From an uncultured Gammaproteobacteria bacterium (lineage in GTDB: Bacteria > Patescibacteriota > Microgenomatia > Levybacterales > UBA12049), in the NCBI GenBank assembly GCA_964474445.1, contig CAYYSJ010000001.1, forward strand, positions 270,530-334,529: a DNA stretch of 64,000 nucleotides, in the 5' to 3' direction. A program made the translations under genes and the position numbers. Under the pieces are notes generated by a model that was given only the letters and a program-made list of their open reading frames with translations, ran no database searches and was not told where the DNA came from. Within the stretch, counting starts at the first letter, position 1; the number at the start of each line of letters is the position of its first letter. Of this stretch, positions 1 to 10,070 are shown piece by piece.

Positions 1-508
1 TCCCATCATGTCGCAATTGCCATCCGGAATTTAGTAATTGTTGTATCTCTGCATCACTCATATTTCCTGCAGATAACCAATCCGTTTGTATACCCTCTGT
101 CCGCCTTTCATCATTACGAGGAAGTGGACAAAAACACTGGACAAAATTATTATTTCCCATATCAAATACACTATCTTTCCCCCACATATTTTGAGCAGAC
201 CCTACGATTGCATGCCATCCATCCTGGAAACTTATTATCTCCTGTCCTCCAGGATTAAAGCATTCTGCTCGATGAAGAGTGTTCATAGCAAAAGAAGGAG
301 TAATCGTAAAAAGAAACGTCGCCACTGATGTTAATGAAATGATTGTTGTTTGTAACAAAGGGTTTCTCATAGCTAGTAATACTAGTAATGTGAGACAAGT
401 ATGGATTACTAAACTAATAAATGTATAAGAATGCAAAAAGGAAAAATGAAGAAATTACTATTGCATCTGTGACAATCATTACATCTTTCATGCAATACGT
501 TTAATATC

Positions 509-1360
509 ATGCAATATATTCTTATTACATTTGTCCTTATGTCTGTATCAACACTCAAAGATGCCCTTAACAGACTTAAAAAGTACAATAACTCTCCAGC
601 ACCTATTCTTTCAGTCTATTTTCAACTTCCTGATTCTCATCGAGGAGATAGTGTATTGTTCCAATTATGTTCTAAACTGATGGCACATGATTTATCGAAG
701 GAACAAATAAAAATTGCAGGGAAAAATTTAGAGTATATCTTAGGGTTTATCAAAAACTACCAAAAAAAAGGCAATGAACAATCTCTTGCATTATTTTCAG
801 GAGGAGATTCCTTGTTTGAAATAATATATCTCCCTTATAAGATAAAAAACGCAGCATTTTTCTCACACTCTCCTGTTTTAGAACCTATTTTAGAAGAAGA
901 AAGTGTCTATAGACGATATCTCGTTATTCTTATGGACCGAGAGAAGGCTCGATTTTTTACTATTACGCAGAGACTTGTTGAAAGATCTGGAGAGCTATTT
1001 GATCCAAGTGTTCCACAAAATGTTCATGCAGATACAGATGAATCTGAAAATAACGCACGTGAAGACAAAATTAATAGGCATATCCAGGACCATATTCATA
1101 GGCACTTCAAGAAAATTGTACAGACTATTACACAGTTTATCGGCAACGACATAATTACAGGTGTTATTATTGGAGGACATAAAAATCTTTTTCAGAAATT
1201 TGAACACCATTTACCAAAAAATCTCCAAGATAAAATAATGGGTGAATTTGTAACTGAACTCAATAATAATACAAATAAAGTAATTTTACGAAGTCTTCAA
1301 CTTATTGAAGAAATTGATAAAAAAATTAATGAGCAGCATTCTCCCTTTATACATCATTAA
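509..1360 (+). CDS. bacterial eRF1-like (Host_attach/baeRF family) protein, tentative
   Basis: 283-aa ORF. The segment YLVILMDREKARFF resembles the hydrophobic-D-x-ARxF signature of Host_attach/baeRF proteins. No other domain recognised. Confidence 0.35.
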   Translation: MQYILITFVLMSVSTLKDALNRLKKYNNSPAPILSVYFQLPDSHRGDSVLFQLCSKLMAHDLSKEQIKIAGKNLEYILGFIKNYQKKGNEQSLALFSGGDSLFEIIYLPYKIKNAAFFSHSPVLEPILEEESVYRRYLVILMDREKARFFTITQRLVERSGELFDPSVPQNVHADTDESENNAREDKINRHIQDHIHRHFKKIVQTITQFIGNDIITGVIIGGHKNLFQKFEHHLPKNLQDKIMGEFVTELNNNTNKVILRSLQLIEEIDKKINEQHSPFIHH

Positions 1361-1425
1361 TTATTCTTCAATATGCTTATGTTGCTCAGGTATCGAGAGA
1401 GGGCTACTAGTATTTCATAAGCTAT

Positions 1426-2274
1426 TTAATTGTCACCTCCTTGAGGTGAGTTTCCATGGTCACGTTTAAAAGGAAAAAGAGTGGGTGTTGGAGCCAGTGT
1501 GGGCGTTGGAGTTAGCGTGAGTGTTGGAGACAAAACATTTGTTGGTAACGAAGTAGGTGTAGCAGTTGGAGGGACTGTGTTAGGAGGTGTATTTATCTGA
1601 CTCTGGATCTGCTGTAAATCATTTTGTGTTTGTTGAATTTGTTGGGTAAGAGTATTTTGAGAAGTAGCTACATCGTTAGTGACCGTTGGTGTCGGAGTGG
1701 GTTGAGAGGTATCTCCTGCTGTTGGAGAAGAGGTTGGTGTTAGTGTTGGGGTTGAAGTTAAATTACTTTTTAACATAACTGAAGTTGTTGTAGGCGTACG
1801 AATGACGACAATAATTCTTTGCAAATTACTTTGATATTTTTGTACCGCATTTGCTAAATTTTGTTGTGCTTCTTGCTTTTTCACTGGGTCAGAAATTTTT
1901 TGTATAGAAACTTGTGCCTCTTTCACAGAACTTACGATATCTGTTAAAGCACTATCACTATAGTTCAGAGTTGAACCAAAATCACCACTGACTTTTGCAT
2001 TTTCAATAAGCGTTGAAGTTTCGGCTACTCTGGTATCTGCTAACGATAGCAAATAATTACTCTTTCCATACGGAGTCACTGATTCAAGAGCTAAAATTCC
2101 TGCCTCTATTCCCCGCTTCATCGGATAAAGAGGTTGGCCAGGGATACTTTTTTCGGCAAAATAGCCAAGTGCAGTTGTTGGAATAAGAAGAAGGAGTAAA
2201 ATAACACTACCAATGAAAAAGATCTTTTGCCACGCAGGCTCCGTCTCTTCCATGTAGTATTCAATATCTACCAT
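1426..2274 (-). CDS. membrane-anchored hypothetical protein with Thr/Pro-rich low-complexity tail
   Basis: N-terminal TM helix (FFIGSVILLLLLIPTTALGYF), helical middle, C-terminal PTxTPT repeats. Could be an O-glycosylation substrate. Confidence 0.5.
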   Translation of the reverse strand: MVDIEYYMEETEPAWQKIFFIGSVILLLLLIPTTALGYFAEKSIPGQPLYPMKRGIEAGILALESVTPYGKSNYLLSLADTRVAETSTLIENAKVSGDFGSTLNYSDSALTDIVSSVKEAQVSIQKISDPVKKQEAQQNLANAVQKYQSNLQRIIVVIRTPTTTSVMLKSNLTSTPTLTPTSSPTAGDTSQPTPTPTVTNDVATSQNTLTQQIQQTQNDLQQIQSQINTPPNTVPPTATPTSLPTNVLSPTLTLTPTPTLAPTPTLFPFKRDHGNSPQGGDN

Positions 2275-2320
2275 TACTTTAAGAGTAAAATGAAAAAATA
2301 AATTTGTCCAGTGGTCTTAT

Positions 2321-3514
2321 TTACTCAACAAACGTAATAGCTTTCCCTTTTTTATCTGCTCTGCCAGTTCGGCCAATTCTGTGAATATAATCTTCCATGG
2401 ATGCTGGCATATCATAGTTAATGACATGGGTAACATTATTGATATCAAGACCTCGAGATGCAACATCCGTTGCAAGCAAAATGGATATTTCTCCATTCTT
2501 AAATTGCTGTAGTATTCTCTGTCTTTGATTCTGATTCTTATTTCCATGAATTGCTCCTGCCCGAAAACCTCTTTTTATTAACTCATCAGCCAGCCTTTGA
2601 ACTCCCCATTTCGTTCTTCCAAAAATCATCACTTTCTGAAAACCTTCTTGAGCTAAAAGATCATGTAACACATCAATTTTACTCTGTCCCTGTGGCACTT
2701 TCACAACGTCTTGTTCAATATTTTCTGCAGTGTCTTGTTGTTTTACACTGATTGTTATTGGATTTTTGACAAATTCTCTAATAATTTCTTTTACTTTTCC
2801 ATCAATTGTTGCTGAAAAGAAAAGAGATTGTCTTTGTTGTGGGAAAAGGGAAATAAAATATTTGATATCGTTAATAAAACCAATATCAACCATTCTATCT
2901 GCTTCATCCAATACAACAGTCCTGAAGACGGATAAAAAGAGTGCTTTTTCTTCAATAAGTTCTTTTACTCTCCCTGGAGTTCCAATAACAAATTGTGGCA
3001 AAAGCTTCAATTCGGCTTTCTGACGGTTAAGACTCATCCCACCAATGCAAAGCGCAGAAGTCAGTCCAAGACCTTTTGAGAGAGATTTTAATTCATCTTG
3101 AATTTGTAATGCTAATTCTCGTGTTGGAGCAAGAATAAGAATTCTCTCTGTTTTTTGCTGATATGCTTTTTGTAACAAGGGAATAAGGAATGCAGCAGTT
3201 TTCCCTGTTCCAGTATTGGCAATACCAATAACATCATGACCATCCAAAATTGCAGGAATCGTTTTTTGCTGAATTGGGGTTGTCGTTATATATCCCTTAT
3301 GAGCAATATTTTCTGCAAGCTCTGAAATAAGAGAAAATTCATCAAAACTGTTCTTGGCTGTTATTTCTTCAATTTGTTCTTCATCCTGCATTGCAGAACG
3401 TTTTTTTATCACCTCAACAGATGCAATTGCATCCATAAGTTCACGACTTTCTAAAGACACAACTTTTCTCTTGTGTTGAAATTTTTTGTGTGGATTAAAC
3501 CTTTGTTTATGCAT
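2321..3514 (-). CDS. DEAD-box ATP-dependent RNA helicase
   Basis: Q-motif region, motif I GTGKTAAF, Ia PTRELA, II VLDEADRM, III SAT, VI HRIGRTGRA. Start codon uncertain because the N-terminus is long and basic. Confidence 0.9.
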   Translation of the reverse strand: MHKQRFNPHKKFQHKRKVVSLESRELMDAIASVEVIKKRSAMQDEEQIEEITAKNSFDEFSLISELAENIAHKGYITTTPIQQKTIPAILDGHDVIGIANTGTGKTAAFLIPLLQKAYQQKTERILILAPTRELALQIQDELKSLSKGLGLTSALCIGGMSLNRQKAELKLLPQFVIGTPGRVKELIEEKALFLSVFRTVVLDEADRMVDIGFINDIKYFISLFPQQRQSLFFSATIDGKVKEIIREFVKNPITISVKQQDTAENIEQDVVKVPQGQSKIDVLHDLLAQEGFQKVMIFGRTKWGVQRLADELIKRGFRAGAIHGNKNQNQRQRILQQFKNGEISILLATDVASRGLDINNVTHVINYDMPASMEDYIHRIGRTGRADKKGKAITFVE

Positions 3515-3565
3515 AACTTATTTATTATACCATGTTTGAGGCAAAATAACAACTATAGGTTAATT

Positions 3566-4270
3566 TTAATTTGCTACGGAGGTGATACGCATCTCTTCTA
3601 CTTTTCCAAACCCACAATTACCGGGATCATACAATACTGTCCCATCAAGTGCTGTTACTGTTTCATCAGGATTAAGCGCATGATAATGTTGGCTTGTACA
3701 ATTCGGGTAATGCGGATTTCCAATCCGCAATTGACTCAGTGGAATTTGTTTCCCATTATACTCAATGACTTGGATTGTTGATTGAGAATTTGCGTGAGGC
3801 GTTTGGGGCACATGCGGCTTTTGTTTGTGCAAAGAAGAAACTATAACAATAATGACTGCTATGAGTGTAATGATTCCAAATGGTCCTTTTGCATATTTTA
3901 TAATCCTTCCCATACGCCAAAGATTCTCAGAAGAACCATTTCCCTGAGAAAATTCTGTGTCTACTCTTTTTATTTCACTTTGTAAATTTTTTAAGGAGGT
4001 AATAAAGAATATCAGCAATCTTTTCCTTTTTCTTTGCTTTTCGTCTTTTTCCGGCAGTCCCTCTGCTGAAAGAGAGATGACATCTCCATCAACTATTTTC
4101 TGCAACTTATCGAGTGCCTTCTCACATCTATCTAATTTTTCATCCAAATCTGGGTGAATGCCTTTAAGAAGAATACTTGCATGTGAAAAACTTGAGAGAC
4201 TTATGCTATCTTGCGAAAGGAGCTGGTAGACAGACATCATTTTTTGATGTGCATTGTTTGAAGGTTTCAT
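3566..4270 (-). CDS. single-pass membrane protein, hypothetical
   Basis: Cytoplasmic coiled N-terminal domain, one TM helix (GIITLIAVIIVIVSS), extracytoplasmic C-terminal domain with Cys/His-rich stretch. Confidence 0.45.
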   Translation of the reverse strand: MKPSNNAHQKMMSVYQLLSQDSISLSSFSHASILLKGIHPDLDEKLDRCEKALDKLQKIVDGDVISLSAEGLPEKDEKQRKRKRLLIFFITSLKNLQSEIKRVDTEFSQGNGSSENLWRMGRIIKYAKGPFGIITLIAVIIVIVSSLHKQKPHVPQTPHANSQSTIQVIEYNGKQIPLSQLRIGNPHYPNCTSQHYHALNPDETVTALDGTVLYDPGNCGFGKVEEMRITSVAN

Positions 4271-4579
4271 AAATCGTTAAATTATCAAAAAGGTTTTCTT
4301 CCAGTCTTTAGTGATTGCTCTAAAAAATTCCTGATAGGACAAATAAAATCCCAAAAAGAGCAATGTCTATAAATAGTTGTTGAAATGCCTAATACTTTTG
4401 GTGCGGTTACGTGCTGGTAAACTAAATTACCAAGGGCAAGTATTGTCAAAAAACTAAGGATAGCTATCCACCGCAAAGATAGATTACAGAAATAGTCCCC
4501 ATGTTTTTTAGAATTTTTTTTGTGTGTTCGTTTCACCTTATCTTTACTATGACGAAAAAAATGCACATCTGTCAAGAAA

Positions 4580-5146
4580 TTATTTTTTGACTTGTTCTTT
4601 TATAAATCTGAGATACCCTACCCATAACACAACACCTAGTGACAAACATACAAGGACAAATTTAAATTGTGCATGGCTGCTTCCCAATCCTCTCATAACA
4701 CTATATAAGAGTGTGAAGATGCTTCCAAATAAAAATCCATAAGAAAATACCTCCATATGTGATACTACTGTTATTGAGAGAACAAGATACACTACTGCAG
4801 CAATCAATGCTACTGAAGAAATAAATTGAACATATCCATCTCTTTCATCACTGATCTTTTTTTGTGCTCGTTCACAATTTTTATTCATTTCCTGAGTACC
4901 AATACCTGATGACGTCGTTTTTGCCGGAAGAGGTACCATACACGGTGCTGGGGGTTGATAGATTGGCTCAGGGTAAAATGTTGCAATGCCTATACTAACA
5001 AAAAGCGTGAGGAAAATACCAAGGAGTATTGTATAGAGTCCTTTCACTATCATATTTGTAGTATACCAGATAATGACAATCCATGGAGACAACCGACAGT
5101 ACATGAAAACTACGGGAAATGTATATAGTATATTCTCAATCTTCAT
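4580..5146 (-). CDS. polytopic membrane protein, hypothetical
   Basis: 188 aa with 4-5 predicted TM helices. No recognisable motif. Confidence 0.45.
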   Translation of the reverse strand: MKIENILYTFPVVFMYCRLSPWIVIIWYTTNMIVKGLYTILLGIFLTLFVSIGIATFYPEPIYQPPAPCMVPLPAKTTSSGIGTQEMNKNCERAQKKISDERDGYVQFISSVALIAAVVYLVLSITVVSHMEVFSYGFLFGSIFTLLYSVMRGLGSSHAQFKFVLVCLSLGVVLWVGYLRFIKEQVKK

Positions 5147-5312
5147 AGTCGTATTTTTTTAATATTTTTTTCTTTTTCCCTCACAATTATCAATTGTTTT
5201 CTTCCTCTGCCAAAATTACAGCAAATACCTTCACTTTTTACATGAGATTTTTCTTATATGCCTCTCCTGAAAAATTTGAATTAGAAGAGACAGGATTGGT
5301 ATAATACATCCT

Positions 5313-6050
5313 ATGAATCAAACAACACGTCTTGATAAATTACTTTCAAACAACGGTCTTGCTTCACGAAGGGCTATCAAGCAATTCCTAAAAGCAAATG
5401 ATGTAACTATCAATGATAAACGAGTTACTGAATCAGGAATACGAGTTAGTCCAACAGATATTGTTAAAATAAATGGAACACCTTTGAAAAAACAGGAATT
5501 TGTGTATTTTTTGCTCAACAAACCGATTGGGATTATTTCAACAACCTCAGATGAATTTTTTCGAGATACGGTCACTTCACTAATCGATACTCCTTACAGA
5601 ATTTATCCTGTTGGACGGCTTGATAAAGATACCCATGGACTCCTTCTTCTTACAAATGATGGAGAACTGACACATAAGCTTATTCATCCTCGCTATCATG
5701 TTCCAAAAGTGTATCGACTTGTTGTTGAGGGCAAACCGACAACAAATCAATTAGAAAGATTTCGAAACGGTGTCCTTTTGGATGATGGACCAACACTTCC
5801 TGCAGAGGTGCAAATCATAAAAGAAGATAATGTACAAACAATCCTTGAAGTAACGTTGCATGAAGGCCGCAACAGACAGATTCGTAGGATGTGTGAGACG
5901 TTAGGTCTTGAGCTTTTGGATTTGCAGCGTGTTGCATTTGGACCATTAACCCTGGGAAAAGTAAAGCTTGGAGACTATAGACCGTTAACGTCACAAGAGG
6001 TGAAAAGTTTACAATATGTTGTCAACCAGAATATAAAATCTAAGAACTAA
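5313..6050 (+). CDS. pseudouridine synthase, RsuA/RluB family (S4 domain + catalytic domain)
   Basis: N-terminal S4 RNA-binding region (RLDKLLSNNGLASRR), catalytic VGRLDKDTHGLLLLTNDG with Asp, C-terminal GRNRQIRRM motif. Confidence 0.85.
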   Translation: MNQTTRLDKLLSNNGLASRRAIKQFLKANDVTINDKRVTESGIRVSPTDIVKINGTPLKKQEFVYFLLNKPIGIISTTSDEFFRDTVTSLIDTPYRIYPVGRLDKDTHGLLLLTNDGELTHKLIHPRYHVPKVYRLVVEGKPTTNQLERFRNGVLLDDGPTLPAEVQIIKEDNVQTILEVTLHEGRNRQIRRMCETLGLELLDLQRVAFGPLTLGKVKLGDYRPLTSQEVKSLQYVVNQNIKSKN

Positions 6051-6067
6051 CGAGATATTCAAAACGT

Positions 6068-6781
6068 TTATACTGTCAGTAGGTGTGCATTATCATTCAA
6101 CCATTTTCTGTGTTGTCTATATGCGGGAGTAAATTGCCTCACTTTTCTCCAAAAACTATCACTGTGATTTTTTTCAGTTGTGTGTGCCAGTTCATGAATC
6201 ACAACGTAGTCAAGTACCATGAGCGGCGCCATAATAAGACGCCAATTAAATTGCAACGAATTATCAGGGAAACATGTCCCCCATTTAGACGACGTATCAG
6301 AAAATCGTACATCACCAAATGAAGCATGCATTTCTATAGCTTTTACCTGAAGACGTTTCTGAATAACTTCTTTTGCGTGTTTGAGAAACCAATCTGGTAA
6401 TTCTTTTTGTATCCGAAACTGCAATGCTTTTGGGAAAAGCAATTGACCATCTTTCAAATGAATTTCTATTCCATCATAAAAGGACAGTTTGTGTGATTCT
6501 CCAAGAAAATAAAAAATTTCTCCTTCTGTATATGTTCTTGTTGGTATAACTCGAGAAGTTACTTTCTGCAGAGTTTTCTCTATCCAACTTTCCTTCTCTT
6601 TAAGAAAATTGTTAATAACAAACTGGGGAACAAGATGAGGAGCCTTAACCACTACTTTCCCTTCTGGAGTAATATGAATGGATATTGATGCTCTGTGTGA
6701 ACGGATAACCTGTAGAGTAGGAATAGCCATAAAAGTCATTCTGTTATAGCACACTTTCCACTCTATGGCAAAAGAGGTCAC
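6068..6781 (-). CDS. YgjP-like metal-dependent hydrolase (DUF45/M48-like, HExxH)
   Basis: C-terminal WGTC...HELAHTxExNHS zinc-binding motif typical of the YgjP/DUF45 family. Confidence 0.75.
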   Translation of the reverse strand: MTSFAIEWKVCYNRMTFMAIPTLQVIRSHRASISIHITPEGKVVVKAPHLVPQFVINNFLKEKESWIEKTLQKVTSRVIPTRTYTEGEIFYFLGESHKLSFYDGIEIHLKDGQLLFPKALQFRIQKELPDWFLKHAKEVIQKRLQVKAIEMHASFGDVRFSDTSSKWGTCFPDNSLQFNWRLIMAPLMVLDYVVIHELAHTTEKNHSDSFWRKVRQFTPAYRQHRKWLNDNAHLLTV

Positions 6782-7176
6782 TTCAGGTGAGGTTGTATAA
6801 CACTGTACAAATTCCCAACTTTTTCGCTGTGATGAACTACATCCTCTTTGTCTTTAGAAAGCCTCCTTTTGACATCACCTAACAGTGTTTCCCATTTATC
6901 TGTTGTTGTGAATCTCTTTTTGGTTATAAAGACAAATGGAGGCTTATTAGCAAGAAAAAAATCTATCGAGCTTTCATTTCTTGAAATAATAAATTTTAAA
7001 AGTACATTATTATCATCTGAAAAGATATCTAACCAGTCGTGAAATGGACGTATGCCAACATATCTGACATTCATTTCTTTTTCCCCCATTCCCTCAACCA
7101 TCCAAGAAGCTGCTTTTGTGACAATGCCTGCTTTTTTCATATTAGCTATCATGTCATCAACAAACAGTTTATTCAT
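6778..7176 (-). CDS. hypothetical protein
   Basis: 132-aa ORF overlapping the YgjP-like gene by 4 nt (coupled). No recognisable motif. Confidence 0.4.
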   Translation of the reverse strand: MNKLFVDDMIANMKKAGIVTKAASWMVEGMGEKEMNVRYVGIRPFHDWLDIFSDDNNVLLKFIISRNESSIDFFLANKPPFVFITKKRFTTTDKWETLLGDVKRRLSKDKEDVVHHSEKVGNLYSVIQPHLK

Positions 7177-7225
7177 AGAAAAATTATAAAGAATTTAAAA
7201 AAAATAACAACAATGAAAGACCTCT

Positions 7226-7615
7226 TTAAACTAGCTTGTTTCTTCCATGTATAATACCAACTATATGAGATGGAGGGACAACACCCGGAGAGAGTCTTAC
7301 ATTCTCATGCAATCGATGCTCTTCTATAGGTATATCCATAACAACTGCTTCTATTCCTTCATAGGAAAATCGTGGGTCTGTTGAGGAATAGACAGCTTCT
7401 TCTGAACGACTAAATGACACCGCAGTTGAACTGAGTACACCATACTTTTCATAATGTAAACCCCTCCGTAGTATTCCTTCCACATGAGATCGATGAGTAA
7501 GGTGTACAGCTCTCACATGCCCTTTTCTCAATTCCGATAACTCCTCAAGAGTTGTAACAATTTGTTGTTCTGGATTAAGTCCGAGAGCTTCAAGGAAATC
7601 GTGACTATATCTCAT
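7226..7615 (-). CDS. hypothetical protein
   Basis: 129-aa ORF, His/Arg-rich N-terminal half. No recognisable domain. Confidence 0.4.
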   Translation of the reverse strand: MRYSHDFLEALGLNPEQQIVTTLEELSELRKGHVRAVHLTHRSHVEGILRRGLHYEKYGVLSSTAVSFSRSEEAVYSSTDPRFSYEGIEAVVMDIPIEEHRLHENVRLSPGVVPPSHIVGIIHGRNKLV

Positions 7616-7696
7616 GGGAAAAATACTACTGTGCTTTGACTATTTATAATTAAGAAAACTGTTAAAAGAAAGTAAGAAGAAAGGTTATTATTTTTC

Positions 7697-8485
7697 ATGA
7701 TGCATATCTGGTATACATTGGCAGCCTCATCTTTTATTGATAAACTGCTCACTATGAAAAATTCGGAGGTCTTTAATCAAAAAACAGAAGAGACCAGTGA
7801 ACCTATTTCCGGAGACGCTGAAATTCCTGAACATCCCACCGAACAAAAGAGACAATATACGATCGAACAGTTTAATCCTTACGCTCTTCATGCTAAGAAG
7901 GAGTGGAACGAAACGATTCTTCCACGATTACAAGAAATACAAGCATCAGCAGAATTTCCAGAAGAAGGAAAACATAATCCAGAATGGATGACTGCTATGT
8001 TTTTGGGTATAGAAGATGAAAACAAAAGAGGTATGGGAAGTGTCGCATTACTCCTTCGAGATGCAAAGACTAATCAAATTATCGGTTATTCATATGCAGT
8101 CTCAGAAGCCGCGTTGAGAGAAACCAATGATTTTTATGACGAGCGATTACAAGGAATAGCCCATCATACCGCAATTGTTATTGATAAACCTTTTCGAAAC
8201 CAGCAACTTGTTTGGCAACTTATTGATTACCAGCAGGAAGCATTAGCAGACAGAGGATATAAGTTTATGGTTGGGGAGTACATGGCAAATGTCAAAGTTG
8301 TTGATGGAAGCCACCCCGTACGACGAGGTTTTGGTATTCATGTTGCAGAAAACTATGACAACGTTATCTATTACCGCCCTCTTGATACACTGTATGGCAA
8401 CCAAGAACAGGTTCTATTTGACTTACGAAGACCTCCACATATCCTTCTTGTAAGAACGCCACCAAAACCTCAAATATCCGCATAG
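7697..8485 (+). CDS. hypothetical protein, possibly GNAT-like fold
   Basis: 262 aa. Central region (IIGYSYAV...HHTAIVIDKPFRNQQLVWQLIDYQQEALADRGYKFMVGEY) resembles acetyltransferase motif A/B layout. Weak. Confidence 0.35.
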   Translation: MMHIWYTLAASSFIDKLLTMKNSEVFNQKTEETSEPISGDAEIPEHPTEQKRQYTIEQFNPYALHAKKEWNETILPRLQEIQASAEFPEEGKHNPEWMTAMFLGIEDENKRGMGSVALLLRDAKTNQIIGYSYAVSEAALRETNDFYDERLQGIAHHTAIVIDKPFRNQQLVWQLIDYQQEALADRGYKFMVGEYMANVKVVDGSHPVRRGFGIHVAENYDNVIYYRPLDTLYGNQEQVLFDLRRPPHILLVRTPPKPQISA

Positions 8486-8541
8486 TATTGCTCTTGCAGT
8501 TTTCTTAAAAGATACTTGCATATTACCCAACCCTACAGACT

Positions 8542-8811
8542 ATGCTCAATACTATGAATAGCGCTGATTGGAAATGTCCTGTGTGTGGATTTTATGCGGA
8601 AAATGGGGATATACAGGATGAGCATATCCAAAAAACAGGTCATTTAACGCAAGAAACAACAGAAGATGCGGGAGTATCCCATCCTCACGCAGATACTTCA
8701 GATATGTCATATTCAGAACAAGTGGGATATGCTCCAGGGGCATCCAACCAAGTTGATTCTTCTCCACAAAAAGAGAGGCAAGGGAGCCAATATAAAGACA
8801 CGCAGAAATAA
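8542..8811 (+). CDS. small C2H2-like zinc-finger/zinc-ribbon protein
   Basis: CPVC-x12-H-x5-H matches the C-x2-C-x12-H-x5-H spacing of C2H2 fingers. Acidic C-terminal tail. Confidence 0.35.
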   Translation: MLNTMNSADWKCPVCGFYAENGDIQDEHIQKTGHLTQETTEDAGVSHPHADTSDMSYSEQVGYAPGASNQVDSSPQKERQGSQYKDTQK

Positions 8812-8812
8812 C

Positions 8813-9037
8813 TTACCCTTTCACATCATCTAAATTTCCTTTTGGCTTGTCCGGTAAATCTTCTTCTGTACCAAGTCCAACATCTACACCGCCTATTTCT
8901 CCATGAGAAGACTTCTCTCGGTTAATATCATCCGTATCCTGTCGCGCTACTTTTTCCCAAATATCATCATGGGTATTTTCGGGGTTTCCAATATCCTCAG
9001 AAACTGGCGCATCTTGAACTGGGTCTGTTTTTGTCAT
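8813..9037 (-). CDS. small acidic hypothetical protein
   Basis: 74-aa ORF, highly acidic. No motif. Confidence 0.3.
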   Translation of the reverse strand: MTKTDPVQDAPVSEDIGNPENTHDDIWEKVARQDTDDINREKSSHGEIGGVDVGLGTEEDLPDKPKGNLDDVKG

Positions 9038-9138
9038 ACATCACAAGATAAAAAGGAAAGACAAAAGTTACGTGAATACTATGTAATAAACGCTTGAGAA
9101 TATATTATCGGAGAGATATCTAGTGTACATGAGTATTT

Positions 9139-9393
9139 TTAATAACCTCTTGTTGTTGGCGATACAGTTACTTTTTGTGTTGGCATTGCTGTAGGAGACG
9201 CACCTGTTGGTGTTATCGTTGCTGTTGGCGACATTACCCCAGTCGGAGATGGAGAAATAGATACGCCAGTTACTGTTGGTGTCACTTGTGTTGTCCCCTG
9301 CTGTCTTAGTCCACCTCGCACTGTGAGCCATGTAAGCCAGACAAAGATAATGATAATAAGAACAAAAATAAGAGTTTGTAAACCACGTGTCAT
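9139..9393 (-). CDS. small membrane-anchored Thr/Pro-rich protein
   Basis: N-terminal TM helix then TPTVTGVSISPSPTGV... low complexity. AGGAGG SD (revcomp of cctacctcct at 9400-9409) precedes start. Confidence 0.5.
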   Translation of the reverse strand: MTRGLQTLIFVLIIIIFVWLTWLTVRGGLRQQGTTQVTPTVTGVSISPSPTGVMSPTATITPTGASPTAMPTQKVTVSPTTRGY

Positions 9394-9553
9394 CGTCCTA
9401 CCTCCTTTTTTGTATGTTTTTAGCGCTAGATAGTAACGTTCTCATTCAGATTATCTGTACTCCTTTTCATTCACTCTTTCTATCTATAAGTCACATGTTA
9501 TAAAAACAAATAAGAAGAAGAAAAGAAAAAAGTAGTAGCTTGCCAAGAAGCAT

Positions 9554-9978
9554 TTACATAAGTGAAGCGATATCTTTGGGCAAAATTCCTTTTACATCCT
9601 CTATTTCTCCCTCACTGACATATGATTTGATAGCTTGAAAAATGACATGGACAATATGTTCGAGATCGTTGATATCTTCAATACTTCCTCTTGCCGCAAT
9701 TTTTACCAAGAACTGCTCTTTATCTAATTTTTGTGGAGTGTGAGAAGGGTTCCATCCTTCAAAAAAGATTCCTTTTACTAATAGTGGCAATTGTGCAGCG
9801 ACGTGAGCTGCCTCATCAATGGTTAATCTATCACGAAGGGTTTGCAAAACTGCTCGTAGAGCATGATACGATTCATGTCTTTTCCCTTCCCATCCTAACG
9901 CAACTTCAATTTCTTTTAATAACTCATTTGTCTCTTGAATCGTTGTATCAAATACATCTAAACCCGTTGTACTCATAT
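9554..9978 (-). CDS. DUF2267-like protein
   Basis: C-terminal 141 aa from internal Met (MSTTGLDV...) match the DUF2267 two-repeat helical architecture. The longer ORF (to 10219) overlaps the ThpR gene by 149 nt, so it is trimmed. Confidence 0.5.
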
Positions 9979-10070
9979 TCTGTATGTTGCTCCAAGAATA
10001 AAAAGACCCAACAAAAAATGTGATAGAGCTTAGTAAGTAAACAATACTCCTGAGAAAAGTCATGTATTCT

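Noticed and set aside
903-1210. Nested ORFs 903-1154 (+) and 995-1210 (-) inside the 509-1360 gene
   Set aside because: Fully contained in or antisense to a longer, more protein-like ORF. Low-complexity translations.
1480-1760. Nucleotide-level short tandem repetition (gttgg/agtgg units)
   Set aside because: This is the coding region for a Thr/Pro-rich low-complexity protein segment, not a CRISPR or satellite repeat.
2551-3023. Plus-strand ORFs 2551-2751 and 2730-3023 antisense to the DEAD-box helicase
   Set aside because: Antisense shadow ORFs of a confidently identified gene.
3473-4157. Plus-strand ORFs 3473-3781, 3782-3985, 3957-4157 antisense to the 3566-4270 gene
   Set aside because: Cys/Phe-rich junk translations typical of antisense frames in AT-rich DNA.
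5318-5575. Minus-strand 85-aa ORF inside the pseudouridine synthase gene
   Set aside because: Antisense to a well-supported CDS.
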